DNA from: Squalus acanthias
Taxonomy: Eukaryota
NCBI GenBank assembly: GCA_030390025.1
Contig: CM059431.1
Location: forward strand, 103,542,001 to 103,606,000
DNA length: 64,000 nt
Direction: 5' to 3'
Within the stretch, counting starts at the first letter, position 1. Each line of letters begins with the position of its first letter. Under the pieces are notes generated by a model. It ran no database searches, was not told the origin of the DNA, and saw only the letters and a program-made list of their open reading frames with translations. This document shows, piece by piece, positions 23,696-36,810 of this stretch. A program made the translations under genes and the position numbers.

Positions 23696-24290
23696 GAAAG
23701 AAAGAAAAAAGAAAAAAAAGAAAAAGGAAAAACATAGAAAGAGAAAGAGGGAAAGAAAGAGAAAGAAAAATAGAGAAAGAAATAGAAAGAAAGAAAGAGA
23801 GAAAGAAAGAGAGAGAGAAATAGAAAGAAAGAAAGAAAAAGAGGGAAAGAAAGAGAAAGAAAAAGAGAGAAAGAAAGAGAAAGAGAAACAGGGAAAGAAA
23901 GAGAAAGAGAAAGAATAAGAAAGAGAGAAAGAAAGAGAGGGAAAGAAAGAGAAAGAAATAGAAAGAAAGAAAGAGAGAAAGAAAGAGAGGGAAAGAAAGA
24001 GAAAGAAAAAGAAAGAGAGAGAAAGAAATAGAAAGAAAGAAAGAAAAGGAGGGAAAGAAAGAAAGAGAGAAAGAAAGAGAAAGAAAGAAAGGAAAAGAGG
24101 GAAAGAAAGCGAAAGAAAGAAAGAGAGAAAGAAAGAGAGAGAGAAATAGAAAGAGAAATAGGGAAAGAAAGAGAAAGAGAAAGAGTAAGAAAGAGAGAAA
24201 GAAAGAAAGATTGAAAGAAATAGAAAGAGAAACAAGGAAAGATGAGAAAGAAAAAGAGAAAGAGGGAAAGAAATAGAAAGAAAAAGAGAA
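23696..24290. repeat. ~600-bp polypurine (GAAA/GA) tract
   Basis: Nearly pure A/G on + strand; abuts a minus-strand SINE tail. Confidence 0.97.
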
Positions 24291-24292
24291 CT

Positions 24293-24400
24293 AACTTGCA
24301 TTTATATAGCGCCTTTCACGATCTCTGGACATCCCAAAGCGTTTTACAGCCAGTGAAGTACTTTATTGAGGTGCAGACACTGTTGTAATGTAGGAAAGGT
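24293..24400 (-). mobile_element. Deu-SINE 3' tail
   Basis: acttgcatttatatagcgcctttcacg..catcccaaagcgttttacagcc. Confidence 0.85.
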
Positions 24401-24989
24401 ACTGCTGTTGTAATGCACTATTCCAGTGCAGGCACGCGTCATGACGAGCCTGATCTCGTCCACACCTAATGTCCACATGTGGCACACTTCCGTCAGGAAG
24501 CTGACCAGGAGTGAAAATCGTTGCGGGTTTTCTTTTTTTAACCCACCGGCACCGAGGCCAGTTTTAGCGCTTCTATCGTCGATGCGTCTAAAAGCAGCTA
24601 ATCCAACAATAACAGCAACTTGCATTTGCCTAGCGCCTTTAACGTAGTAATCCGTCCCAAACATACACTCTCATCAGTTCTGATTCACGGTTGAACTTGT
24701 GCTCCTGGCAGGCAGAGCCTCTGAGCGGGGAGCCACTGAGGACGGATATTTACCCCATTATTTATACCTAATGCATCACTAACTTACTTTAGATTTTAGA
24801 ACATTTACTTAAAATTGAAACTGCTTAGCTCATGCTTACAATTTTGCTCTCGCCTTCGTGGCAATGTTTTCCCTCTTCTCGCTTTGAACCTTCGGCATTG
24901 ACTCCTTAAGACTCTTGCTGCTGCTTACTCACTCGTCATTCTTTATGTATGAACCCAGACAGTGAGTGTGTGCAGGCTACTTGACCCCA

Positions 24990-25330
24990 GGTCTTTCGGA
25001 TGAGACGTTAAACCCAGGCCCCGTCTGCCCCTCTCAGGTGGACGTAAAAGATCCCATGGCCACTATTTCGAAGAAGAGCAGGGGAGTTCTCCCCGGTGTC
25101 CTGGGGCCAATATTTATCCCTCAATCAACTTCACTGAAACAGATTATCCGGTCATTATCACATTGCTGTTTGTGGGAGCTTGCTGAGCGCAAATTGGCTG
25201 CCGCGTTTCCTACATTACAACAGTGACTCTACTTCAAAAGTACTTCATTGGCTGTAAAGCGCTTTGGGACGTCCTGGGGTTGTGAAAGGCGCTATAGAAA
25301 TGCACATTCTTGCTTTTTTTTCTTTCTTTC
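24990..25330 (+). mobile_element. Deu-SINE lacking head
   Basis: gtctttcggatgagacgttaaacc..gtgaaaggcgctatagaaatgc. Confidence 0.9.
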
Positions 25331-25767
25331 ATGCTAATCTTCCTGTTGATGTGTGGTCAAAATCCAGTTCGGCTTACAAGCGTTTCAGGAACAAAAAAAA
25401 TATTGTAGTTCACGACCGACCGTACTGAATTCATGTGACTGCATGACACTTATTGCAAAGACTGACATGAAGACTTTTTATTATGGTCGACATCCATTTA
25501 TTATTTAGCACGGCAACAAGCATTGAAGAAAGTCTCCCACTGCCAAAGGAGAGCTTTCTTATTGATTTCTGCATTTCAATCCACACGAGGCTTCGGTAAA
25601 TTCAATTGGTTGAATAAATATTCCTTCAAGGACTGTGGCTAATTCATGAGTATATTGTCCACCTTTGCTGAGCAGGTTTTGTATTGACGTCTTTCATCCA
25701 TTTGGGGAAAATACAATGCTCTTGAATCTTCTTGCCACTGTGTGCCACTTGTATACTTGTAAAAGAA

Positions 25768-26123
25768 CTCCCTATCTCTGTAACCTCCTCAAGCCTTACA
25801 ATCCTCCGAGATCTCTGCGCTCCTCCAATTCTGGCCTCTTGCACATCCCCGATTTTCATCGCTCCACCATTGTTGGCCGTGCCTTCAGTTACAAAGGCCC
25901 TAAGCTCTGGAATTCCCTTCCTGAACCTCTCCGCCTCGCTACCTCTCTTTCCTCCATTAAGACGCTCCTTTATACCTACCTCTTTGACCAAGCTTTGGGT
26001 CGCCTGTCCTAATATCTCCTTATGCGGTTCGATGTCAAATTTTGTTTGATAATCGCTCCTGTGAAGCGCCTTGGGACGGTTTGCTACGTTAAAGGCACTA
26101 TATAAATGCAAGTTGTTGTTGTT
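25768..26123 (+). mobile_element. L2 LINE 3' end
   Basis: PYLCNLLKPYNPPRSLRSS..GRAFSYKGPKLWNSLP..TYLF; tail gtgaagcgccttgggacg..aaatgcaag(ttg)n. Confidence 0.9.
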
Positions 26124-26472
26124 GTCAATGGTAGTTGGTTGGGGTGGAACCTCTGTGTCTGTTGTGGCCCTCGGCATTTTCTCTCACTTAAGGCAACACT
26201 GACACAGTTAATATAACAATTGCAGCAAAAGCCACGTTAAAAGAATACTCTTTGACATATGCTCCATCGGTATATTAATTCCAGCTGAATGAGTCAGTTA
26301 ATTGCTACCTGGGCATTTTAATCACCACCAGCAATAACTACCGCATCTTTCTCTGAAAGCTCATTAACAAGCAACAGAAATTACGGTTTCATCCCCCTCT
26401 TTTTGCACATAGAGAATTGGGGAGAAAAAGGAAAAATAGTTGGTCTTGACTTATCGCTCAGTTGTCCACCAG

Positions 26473-26956
26473 TTTTACCAGGATGATACCAGAATTGAGA
26501 ACTTATATCTATCAGGAAAGATTGAACAGGCTGGGGCTCTTTTCTTTAGAAAAGGGAAGGCTGAGGGGTGACCTGATAGAGGTCTTTAAGATTATGAAAG
26601 GGTTCGATAGGGTAGACGTAGAGGAGATGTTTCCACTTGTGGAGGAGACCAGAACTAGGGGCCATAAATATAAGATAGTCACTAATAAATCTAGTAAGGA
26701 TATCAGGAGAAACTTCTTTACCCAGAGAGTGGTGAGAATGTGGAACTCGCTACCACATGGAGTGGTTGAGATGAATAGTATAGATACATTTAAGGGGAAG
26801 CTAGATAAACACATGAGGGAGAAAGGAATAGAAGGTTATGCTGATGGGGTGAGATGAAGAGGGGTGGGAGGAGGCTCGTGTGGAGCACAAACACCGGCAC
26901 GGACCAGTTGGGCCGAATGGCCTGTCTCTGTGCTGTACATTCTATGTAATTCTATG
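26473..26956 (+). mobile_element. CR1 LINE 3' fragment
   Basis: ORF 26462-26857 RLGLFSLEKGRLRGDLIEVFK..WNSLP plus tail. Confidence 0.95.
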
Positions 26957-27544
26957 TCATTTAATGCCCATCACTGTCACTGTCACCATCAATCGAGGGT
27001 GGAAAACATTCCCCTCACAATGCGACACATTCCGAAAAAAAGAGGCTCTTGGGTATAATTTATCTCATTGTCTATTTAAAGGCAATGTTGAGTCTAGTGT
27101 GTGTTCCAATGCCCTGAAGTAACTAACAATATCAGTAATTAATACAAACAGGAGGAAATGCAGGAGTCACCGTGCTGCGGTGACACTTTCTGGCAAATAA
27201 AATTTTCCAAGGATTCTTAATTTCAAGATGATTATTATTCACTTAAATAGTGACTTTTAAATCTGATTTGCTAATGAACTTCTTATAAAATGCTACAGTT
27301 CTAAAGCACACAATTGTTCGTTATGTAAGCCGCCCTTGTACGACCACATTTGTACTGAGGCAAAATACCTCCCACACTGTATCAATCAGTGGTATAACTT
27401 TTGAGGCAGTTTGGAGATCTGACCTGGCACATTGTACTCCTTAGAAATGGAAACCATCGCAAGTCTCAATAGCACCACATCAGCCGTACATTATTCTATA
27501 GTAAGCGAATTGATCAGGAATAAGACACATCTCGGCGCCAAAGC

Positions 27545-28000
27545 AGTGGGGACAGCAGCCTCTGAGTCAGAAGGTTGTGGGTTCAAGTCCCAATCCAGAG
27601 ACTTGAGCACAATAATCTAGGCTGACACTCCCAGTACAGTTCTGAGGGAATGCTGCACTGTCGGAGGTGCCGTCTTTTGGATGAGACGTTAAACCGAGGC
27701 CCCGTCTGCTCTCTCCGGTGGACGTAAAAGATCCCATGGCAATATTTCAAAGAAGAGCAGGGGAGTTCTCCCCGGTGTCCTGGCCAATATTTATCCCTCA
27801 ATCAACATCACTAAAAAACAGATTATCTGGTCATTATCACGTTGCTGTTTGTGGGAGCTTGCTGTGCACAAATTGGCTGCCACATTTCCTACATTACAAC
27901 AGTGACTACACTTCAAAAAGTACTTCATTGACTGTAAAAGTGCTTTGGACGTCCTGAGGTCATGAAGGCATTATTTAAATGCAAGTCTTTCTTTCTTTTC
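27545..28000 (+). mobile_element. Deu-SINE, near full length
   Basis: B box ggttcaagtccc, complete body, (cttt)n tail. Confidence 0.93.
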
Positions 28001-28073
28001 ATTCTTTAAAATGAGTGCAGAATAAAGAGAATGGGAACCAGCTTAGTTGGACTGAAAGAGCTTTTCTTGTTTA

Positions 28074-28598
28074 GAACATAAGAACATAAGAATTAGGAGT
28101 AGGAGTAGGCCATTTGGCCCCTTGAGCCTGCTCCGCCATTCAATAAGATCATGGCTGATCTTCTACCTCATCTCCACTTTGCACACTATCCCCATACCCC
28201 TTGATTCCCTTAATATCCAAAAATCTATCGATCTCTGTCTTGAATATACTCAACGACTGAGGCTCCACAGCCCTCTGGGGTAGAGAATTCCAAAGATTCA
28301 TCACCCTCTGAGTGAAGAAATTTCTCCTCATCTCAGTCCTAAATGGCCGACCCCTTATTCTGAGACTGTGACCCCTGGTTCTAGACTCCCCAGCCAGGGG
28401 AAACATCCTCCCTGCATCTACCCTGTCAAGCCCTGTAAGGATTTTGTATGTTTCAATGAGATCACCTCTCATTCTTCTAAACTCTGGGGAATATAGGCCT
28501 AGTTTACTCAATCTCTCCTCATAGGACAATCCCCCCATCCCAGGAACCAGTCTGGTGAACCTTCGTTGCACTCCTTCTATGGCAAGTATATCCTTCTA
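28074..28598 (-). mobile_element. CR1 LINE 3' fragment
   Basis: ORF 28149-28571 QRRFTRLVPGM..RGDLIETYK..WNSLP; (acataaga)n tail. Confidence 0.95.
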
Positions 28599-29003
28599 CC
28601 TGCTTACTTTATTACTGTTAGGAATCAACCCATAACGTTACTAATGAAGCATCTTATTAAGAAAAAAATGTGTTTAGAGCTTCAATAAAAAATTATATTG
28701 GTCATCATTTAAAACATTTACCATTTGTGATTCAGGTAGAGCATTTAATGCGACCCCGCATGGTCACGATTCCGTACTGATGTTTGTACAGAATGAACAG
28801 ATATTGAAAGTCGCCAACCAAATCACTTAACCTTCAGGAGAGAAAAAAAACTAACAATATTCTAAGGGACTATGTTTACTCTATACCCAGTTGTCAGTAA
28901 TTATGGCCTTTTTTTTGCATGTATTCTGCATATACTTAGTCTAATGTCTGTAGAAATGATGTGATAGATTATTGGCTCCTTTTTAGGGAAACATCAACAT
29001 TGG

Positions 29004-29482
29004 CATGAGGCCTGAATGGTTAACATAGCCCAGGTAACATGAGGCCTGAATGGTTAACATAGCCCAGGTAACATGAGGCCTGAATGGTTAACATAGCCCA
29101 GGTAACATGAGGCCTGAATGGTTAACATAGCCCAGGTAACATGAGGCCTGAATGGTTAACATAGCCCAGGTAACATGAGGCCTGAATGGTTAACATAGCC
29201 CAGGTAACATGAGGCCTGAATGGTTAACATAGCCCAGGTAACATGAGGCCTGAATGGTTAACATAGCCCAGGTAACATGAGGCCTGAATGGTTAACATAG
29301 CCCAGGTAACATGAGGCCTGAATGGTTAACATAGCCCAGGTAACATGAGGCCTGAATGGTTAACATAGCCCAGGTAACATGAGGCCTGAATGGTTAACAT
29401 AGCCCAGGTAACATGAGGCCTGAATGGTTAACATAACCCAGGTAACATGAGGCCTGAATGGTTAACATAGCCCAGGTAACAT
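29004..29482. repeat. 34-bp minisatellite, 14 copies
   Basis: Unit catgaggcctgaatggttaacatagcccaggtaa; one variant unit (~29436). Confidence 0.98.
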
Positions 29483-29494
29483 TCAATAGGACAG

Positions 29495-29812
29495 CAGCAA
29501 CTGGCACTTATATAACGCCTTTAAGGCAATAAAAACACCCGAGGCGCTTCACAGGAGCGTTATCAGACAACTTTGACAACAAGGTTTGAAACCGAGCCAT
29601 GTAGGGGGGGGGATATTAGGACAGGTGACGGTGGGGTTTAGGGAGCAACTTGAAGGCTGAGAGCGAGGTTTTCAAGGCGGAGAGGTGTAGGAGTGGAATT
29701 CCAGGGGTTGGGGGGTCCAGGCAGCTGAAAGCACGGCCGCCGATGGTGGAGCCATGAACATTGGGAATGCGTGAGAATCCAGAATTGGAGGAGCGCAGCC
29801 ATCTCGGAGGAC
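29495..29812 (-). mobile_element. L2 LINE 3' end, degenerate
   Basis: Reverse-complement similarity to 25768-26123. Confidence 0.75.
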
Positions 29813-29913
29813 AGTTGAACTGCTAATTTTGCATTGACTCAAAGCGAAAAACTCCCCCCCCACCCACCACCCCCCACATAAAATCAACACTTTGGCTTTG
29901 CATCATCTGTGGT

Positions 29914-30070
29914 ATAGAAACATAGAAACATAGAAGATAGGAGCAGGAGTAGGCCATTCGGCCCCTCGAGCCTGCTCTGCCGTTCAATGAGATCATGGCT
30001 GATCATCCAAATTCAGTACCCTGTACCTGCCTTCTCCCCATATCCCTTGATACCTTTAGCTTTAAGAACC
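29914..30070 (-). mobile_element. CR1 LINE 3' end
   Basis: (catagaaa)n tail; matches reverse complement of 39340-39485. Confidence 0.88.
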
Positions 30071-30506
30071 ATTGCAACCAGAACAGGGGAACCTTTAAAA
30101 AACTTTGTCGATATCAAATTTGGAAGCCTGCGCAGAGTACTAGGCAACCTCAGTGAACTCTGCTTTATCGGTGAGTGACAGCAATTAGCGAGAAAAGATC
30201 AGAATTGGTGTAGTGTAAAAAATAACAAACAATGGACTTTAATGAAAATCCCAGATGGTTGCAAGGCTTGCCCTTAAAATGTTTGAACATACTTATCCCC
30301 AGCTAACGGATTTGGAGTGCATCAACCACGAAAAGGCCTGGATCTTCCAATTTAATGCCAATTCAGGAGAATTCTGCCACTCAAGACACCATTGTTCCTT
30401 GATAATAAATAACTTTTTACGGTGCCACTAAAATCAGAGCAACTGAATAAATTTAACTTAGATGAGCCCTAGTTTATTTAATGATGAACTCTAGCTTTCA
30501 GGTAAT

Positions 30507-31271
30507 GGCCCAAAAATTCGGCCGAATACGGGAGAGTACCCGCTGCGTACTCACCCGTATTCGGTCCCGAAGTGCCGGTTTCCTGCATGCACTGCACATG
30601 CGCGGGAAACCGGCACTTCCGGTATGGCGAAGGGGGCGGTTCCTAGGTGAACCGCGTGCGCACTACAGGCTGTGCGCACGCAGCACACTTAGGTTTTTTT
30701 TCAGGTTTCAACGCGAGGGTAAGTATGGAAGATTTTACACAAGAAAAATGGAGGCATAAGACCCCTTTTGAACAAGGTAAGTAGTTAATTAAGTATAATT
30801 TTTAATTTTTTTCAACAGGTTTATCTTTTTTAGAGACTTTAAAGAAAGGTAAGTTTATTTTTATAACTTTTAAAAAATGTTTTAATTTTTTCAAAAATTA
30901 AAATTTTTGTTTAAAGTGCTTAATTTATTTAACTATAGTTATTTTATTAATGTGATGGTTTTAAAAAAAAAAATATTTGAGGTTTAGTTGTTCTTTTGGG
31001 GTCTCTTTCAATTCACAGATTTGACAGGTCTCCTGTCAAATCTATGAATGAAAGATGGTGTGCTGCCATTGGCTCTCCATGGCCCACGTGATCCCAGAGG
31101 TCGCATCACACTAACTGCGCCCCTGGGACACGCACACACTGCGCGCTGGCACTAGGGAGAGGCCCAGGACCCGAAGTTCCTGTGGGCCCAAAACACAACG
31201 GCCGGCGCGGAGTGTGATATCGCGCGCGATCCTTACCCCCGCGGCAAGCCTCCGAGTCAAATTTCTGGGCC
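30507..31271. mobile_element. MITE family B, second copy
   Basis: TIR ggcccaaaaatt/aatttctgggcc; flanks at/at (possible 2-bp TSD); collinear with 22890-23629. Confidence 0.85.
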
Positions 31272-33594
31272 ATTTTGTAAATTTAGACAGCTGTTAGAAA
31301 TATATTACTTTCATTCAAAAGGACAACTTTTCATATTCTGTTGTGGTAGCCACCTCTACGTTAGTGACAGGGTGCCATTCTGCATCAAAGAAGGAAAGAA
31401 ATGTAATAAAGAGGTTTATTTCATTCTTAAAATATTGGAATGATATTTCAGTTTCAAAATAACCCCTCGTCTCGAATGCCCGATAATCAATTAATTGCCA
31501 CAAAAAACTTTGATTGCTAAATTGAAAGCAAGGAATGATGAACAACTTCAAGTAGGCAACATTCTGACATTTATTTTAAGTGAAAACTGGGGCGTTGAAG
31601 ATATATTTCTCCAGTTAAAACTAGGGTTTAACTGCTTATGTGATTAATCATTTCATTGATGTCCACTTCACAGAGAACTCTTGAGCAAATTAATAATGTC
31701 CAATATAACTTCCTGCAACAGAATGGACATCAGTAAGAAAGCTCGGTTGGTCCAATAATGAAAATAAATCGACTTATTTAATAATTTAAATTTAGGCAAT
31801 TGCTTTTTTTTGTCATCAGAATGTGCTATTAACTTGCTAATGAGCGCTCTCTGTGCCCTTCATTAAAAGCTGAATAGGACGGACTGGGCTCTTGAACACC
31901 TGGAGTTGGAAGCAATGATGTAGCTTACGCCTACATTAAGTAGCTTGCTGTTCGACTAATGGCCAAACCAGATGTATATCAATCAGAGCGGAAAGTCTGT
32001 TGCTGCATTTGTTGCTTCGTGTAATTTAAACTGTTTCTGTGGAAAAGAACAATCTGTCCCATAACAGCTACAAGGATTTATGGTTGGTCTGGTGTGTGTG
32101 TGCATTGTGTACGAAGGAACTGATATGGCCCCCTCACACATTATTTTCCCCCCCTCTTTTGTGTTAGCGCTTTTGTGAAGGATAATGACTGCTGCGGACC
32201 AAAGCACTTCTTATTAATGTTTATACCGCTGAAAGAATCAAGAACTCCTGGGGTGAGTACATCATGGGTGAGGTTCAATGCAGAACACTCAACTCAACAA
32301 TGGACCAACTTTTCACTGGAAATGGTGCCCTCGTTGTCCTGAGGCTAAGTACACGGTACCTTCTTGGCATACAGAGATAAATGTATTGTTCTGTGCCCCA
32401 TGTGGATCGTGCTAAAATGTGCCTGGAGGCGATACACCAGTAAACATTTCGCTTCTGACCAATGCTGGGAAAAATCACAGGGGGCGAAATCTTGGTGTAG
32501 TCCATGAGTTGTAGCAAAGCAGTAATGGAAAAATGAACACATTAGCAGTAGAATATATAATCACATCGGAATAATGAATTCATTAAAGCCAAGTAGATTG
32601 TTCAGCTTTGAGAAGCAGGTATACTTTGACAAGCTCTATCCATAAACAAAGATTGACTGGACAACTACTTGGAGAGTAGGGTGAATTATACAGGGTCTAT
32701 GAGATACTTTGTGTGATACAGTTTAACACTGATCAATTAATAGGGTCTGTCCCTAGTATCTGACAGGATGACACAGTGGGTAAACTTAGGTTAGGAAAAG
32801 ATCTCTCCAGAAGCTAACTTTTCAATGGTGGTTAGCCCAGGACTCAGTTTCTAGGCCCCAGATACCATGGCAACGAAATGCATCCCATGCCACGGAGACC
32901 ATGTCAATGTTCTGTCCATATAGTTCCACTTTGAATTTGCCTCATTGTTTTCAAAACACCATTGATTAAAATTTCCGCCATGCATTAAGCGTACCTGACG
33001 GGCAAAGTTATGTAGCCACTAGGACTTGGCCCGTGGGAGATGTGTATGGCTTGGGGGGGATATCTAATTGTATATACAAAAACATTACACGTGCAGATTC
33101 GCCGTGCGTGCATCATGAAATTATTTTTATACTTTTATACGGTTAAATAAAGAGCATTATTATTTTGGTATAACACAGGCGATTTTTTTTTTAATATTTG
33201 GAAGATTTTAAAAAATGTCTCAGCTCTATTATGAGGAGGTATGCTGGCCAGCTGCATTCATTTATCAAAACGAGAAAGATGGGAAATTGGCAGCTGCAGG
33301 AGTTGCTGTCTCATTTGACTATCCTCGAACATACTTCCATGTAACCACTCTGACTTTGCCCGTGGGATATAGGTACTGCCGTGGCGGATTTGTTGTGACA
33401 CTTAAGAAGGTAAGCTGTTTTGGTTTAAACCCTCCATTTGCACCATTGACAGCTGCTGTATCTGTTCAAAATTCCAGAGTATAAACTGAGCCCAATGTGC
33501 ATATCTCAGTCTTCCAAAAAGTTACATAGAATTACATAGAACGTACAGGGCAGAAACAGGCCAGTTGGCTCAACTGACCCATGCTTTTTTAAAA

Positions 33595-34128
33595 ATTTAT
33601 TCATTTTATGGGATGTTGGCATCGCTGGCAAGGCCAGCATTTATTGCCCATCCCTCATTGCCCTTGAGAAGGGGGTGGTGAGCCGCCTTCTTGAATCGCT
33701 GCAGTCCGTGTGGTGAAGGTGCTCCCACAGTGCTGTTAGGGAGGGAGTTCCAGGATTTTGACCCAGCGACGATGAAGGAAAGGCTGATATACTTCAAAGT
33801 CAGGATGGTGTGTGACTTGGATGGGAACTTGGAGGTGGTGGTGTTCCCATGCGCCTGCTGCCCTTGTCCTTCTAGGTGGGAGAGGTCGCGGGTTTGGGAG
33901 GTGCTGCCGAAGAAGCCTTGGCGAGTTGCTGCAGTGCATCTTGTAGATGGTACACACTGCAGCCACGGTACGCCGGTGGTGGAGGGAGTGAATGTTTAAG
34001 GTGGTGGATGGGGTGCCAATCAAGTGGGCTGCTTTGTCCTGGATGGTGTCGAGCTTTTTGAGTGTTGTTGGAGCTGCACTCATCCAGGCAAGTGGAGAGT
34101 ATTCCATCACACTCCTTACTTGTGCCTT
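33595..34128 (-). mobile_element. Non-LTR retroelement 3' fragment (CR1-group, second family)
   Basis: KAQVRSVMEYSPLAWMSAAPTTLKKLDTIQDKA..SLHHRRTVAAVCTIYKMH then SWNSLP, typical post-RT C-terminus. Confidence 0.85.
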
Positions 34129-34840
34129 GTTTGCTTCTTTGAAGACCTTATTAACTTGCGTCACTACGTTTAGTGATTTGTGTATCTGTACCCCTAGATC
34201 CTTTGCTCCTCTACCCCATTTAGACTTTTATTTCCCAAGGAGTATGTGGTCTCCTTATTTTTCCTATCAAAATGCACCACCCCACACTCTAGTGCACTGA
34301 AATGACCTTCGCACTCATTCAAAGTGACCTCCTTGACTATGAGGACCAGCCGCCTTTCACACTTTGGTTGGCACAGCTCAGAAATAAGGGAATGGAGAAG
34401 CACGTAGTGAAGAAGAGTCTAGTTGGAGTTTGGCAGGAAAGCCAGGCCTGGAGAGAGTGGCAACGCTTTGTGAAAGTCCAGGGCTGACCACTTCCTCGAA
34501 TTTTCTGGTCAGAAGAGTGCAGTTGTTAGTCTTCCTATTTTCTCTGTTATGCGAAGCGTTACAGAAGGTAAGTTGAAGTAAGGTGAAATTTACTTTAAAC
34601 GCTACTCTCTTTGTTCACTTATTGTTTGTAAAATAGATCAACTGGTTGATTAGATATAATTTGCATCAGCTCACAAAGTATTCATCAGATCGTCCTTAGG
34701 AAGATTAACAGCAGCACATCATGGCACGTGTGGGATTATAGTATCTAGTCCATAATAACAAAGATTCCACTGCTACAACCTCGCACTCCCTGCTAATATC
34801 AGGCAACAGTAATTTCCCTGCAAGGGTTGATGCCTGAAGG

Positions 34841-35012
34841 CAATGTCACCTCTAATTTTTATTTTAGCTGCGCGGTCCCTTTATTGGCTGAGCGGCTCAT
34901 TCAAATTTGCGCGCACGTGCGGTTTCTTCTCTGTAAAATCCGGTGAGCGACCTGTGTGCGACCTCCAGACTGCTGAGCAGCCGCGCGGCCACTTAGCTTG
35001 GCGGGAATGTTG
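34841..35012. mobile_element. Short hAT-type MITE
   Basis: Ends caatgtcacctctaa / gggaatgttg; 8-bp TSD cctgaagg/cctgaggg. Confidence 0.7.
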
Positions 35013-35047
35013 CCTGAGGGTGTTAACGGCATCCACTTGCATTTATG

Positions 35048-35855
35048 TCAGTGTCGGCCGTGGCTTATTTGGTAGCTCCCTCATCTCGCCTCTGAGTCAC
35101 AAGGTCGTGGGTTCAAGTCCCACGCCAGAGACTTGAGCACCTAAATCTAGGCCGACACTCCCAGTGCAGTGCTGAGGGAGTGCCGCACTGTCGGAGGGGC
35201 AGTGCTGAGGGAGCGCCGCACTGTCGGAGGGGCAGTGCTGAGGGAGCGCCGCACTGTCGGAGGGGCAGTGCTGAGGGAGCGCCGCACTGTCGGAGGGGCA
35301 GTGCTGAGGGAGCGCCGCACTGTCGGCGGGGGCAGTACTGAGGGCGCGCCGCACTGTCGGAGGGGCAGTACTGAGGGAGCGCCGCACTGTCGGAGGGGCG
35401 GTACTGAGGGAGCGCCGCACTGTCGGACTTTTCCGTTCCGGCTGGTATGAAGATGATTATGGCCATGGAAGGCGTGTTCATGTCATGGCCCGTCAGCCTG
35501 CGAGTCCTTCCACTACTTCACACCATTCTTCAGGGGAGGTGCCGTCTTACAGGTGAGATGTTAAACAGAGGCCCTGTCTGCTCTCACAAATCCCACGGCA
35601 CTATTTCGAAGAAGAGCAGGGGAGTTCTCCCCGGTGTCCTGGGGCCAATATTTATCCCTCAATCAACATCACTAAAACAGATTATCTGGTCATTATCACA
35701 TTGCTGTTGTGTGGGAGCTTGCCGTGCGCAAATTGGCTGCCGCGTTGCCTACATCACAAATAGTGACTGCACTCCAAAATATCCTCATTGGCCATAAAGT
35801 GCTTTGGGACGTCCTGAGGTCGTTAAAGGCGCAATAGAAATGAAGTCTTTCTTTT
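35048..35855 (+). mobile_element. Deu-SINE with internal tandem amplification and short insert
   Basis: Head ~35048-35166, array 35167-35427, unrelated ~35428-35535, body resumes ggaggtgccgtctt. Confidence 0.85.
35167..35427. repeat. 33-bp SINE-derived minisatellite, ~8 copies
   Basis: Unit cagtgctgagggagcgccgcactgtcggagggg. Confidence 0.95.
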
Positions 35856-35946
35856 TTGTTGTATAGTGCTTCTAATGTAGAAAAATGTCACAGAGGCACA
35901 AGGATTTATTTTTTACTGAGTTCAATTCAGTTAGTGCACACTTGGC

Positions 35947-36057
35947 TTAGATGAAGAGGGGTGGGAGGAGGCTCGGGTGGAGCATAAACACCGGCACCGA
36001 CCGGTTGGGCCGAATGGCCTGTTTTTCTGTGCTGTACATTCGATATAATTCTCTGTA
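35947..36057 (+). mobile_element. CR1 3'UTR tail only
   Basis: agatgaagaggggtgggaggaggctcg..ccgaatggcctg. Confidence 0.8.
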
Positions 36058-36810
36058 GATAAAGTGGAGAGGGTAAGGGTCTATACAAAGAAACACAAGA
36101 TGGAAATAATCTCAAAACCGGATTACCTTCCACACATATTTTCAAAACCGCAGTTACAATTTGTAATAGGTTGCAACTGCAGTTATTTCAGTTAGCTAAG
36201 TACCATAAACAATCAGTAAAAGAGATGCACCCATTTTTTTTCACTTCACAAATGCTGTACATTATGCATAAGACAATATTTATTTTTAAAGTAATTGCTC
36301 TGAGCACAAGCTTATCCTGGTAATACAATTATTAGGCTACAACAATAATAAATGATCTTACTCTACATTGCTTTCCAATCACTCCCTGAAGGATTAATAA
36401 ATAAATAAAGCTATACTTCCAATCTCCTCATCTTTCTTCTACTTCGCAGAACAATAATTCCTCATTGATTAAGAATGATTTAGCAATCACTGTAAGTAAC
36501 TCAGTAAAAGGTTTTCTTTGGCAAAACGCACCTTTTATATTTTGTCACAAATCGTTCATATTCTATTGCGGTTTTTTTTTCTTCTCAATGTGTTGTTAAA
36601 ATTACAGCATGCTTTCATAGCCATGGTTATTGTTTTTGTATCTTTACACTTTTCCCTTGGAGAGCAGTGTGGTGGAGTGGACGGACTTCGCAGAGCTGAT
36701 TAACAGTGTGACAGGCGTGACGTGAACACTCCTTCCGTGGTCGTAATCGTCTTTATCCCAGCCGGAACTGAAACATTTCAATATAAATTAAATCAATATC
36801 CAAACCTTTA

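Noticed and set aside
23591..24301. 236-aa F/S/L and 95-aa K/E/R ORFs
   Set aside because: Translations of the polypurine tract.
29004..29482. 34-bp repeats as a CRISPR array (also 18758 and 35167 arrays)
   Set aside because: Head-to-tail units with no unique spacers, no cas genes, eukaryotic context.
32275..34487. Short ORFs and donor-like sites in unique sequence (32275, 33215, 34302)
   Set aside because: No recognisable domains or consistent exon chain; lengths expected by chance.
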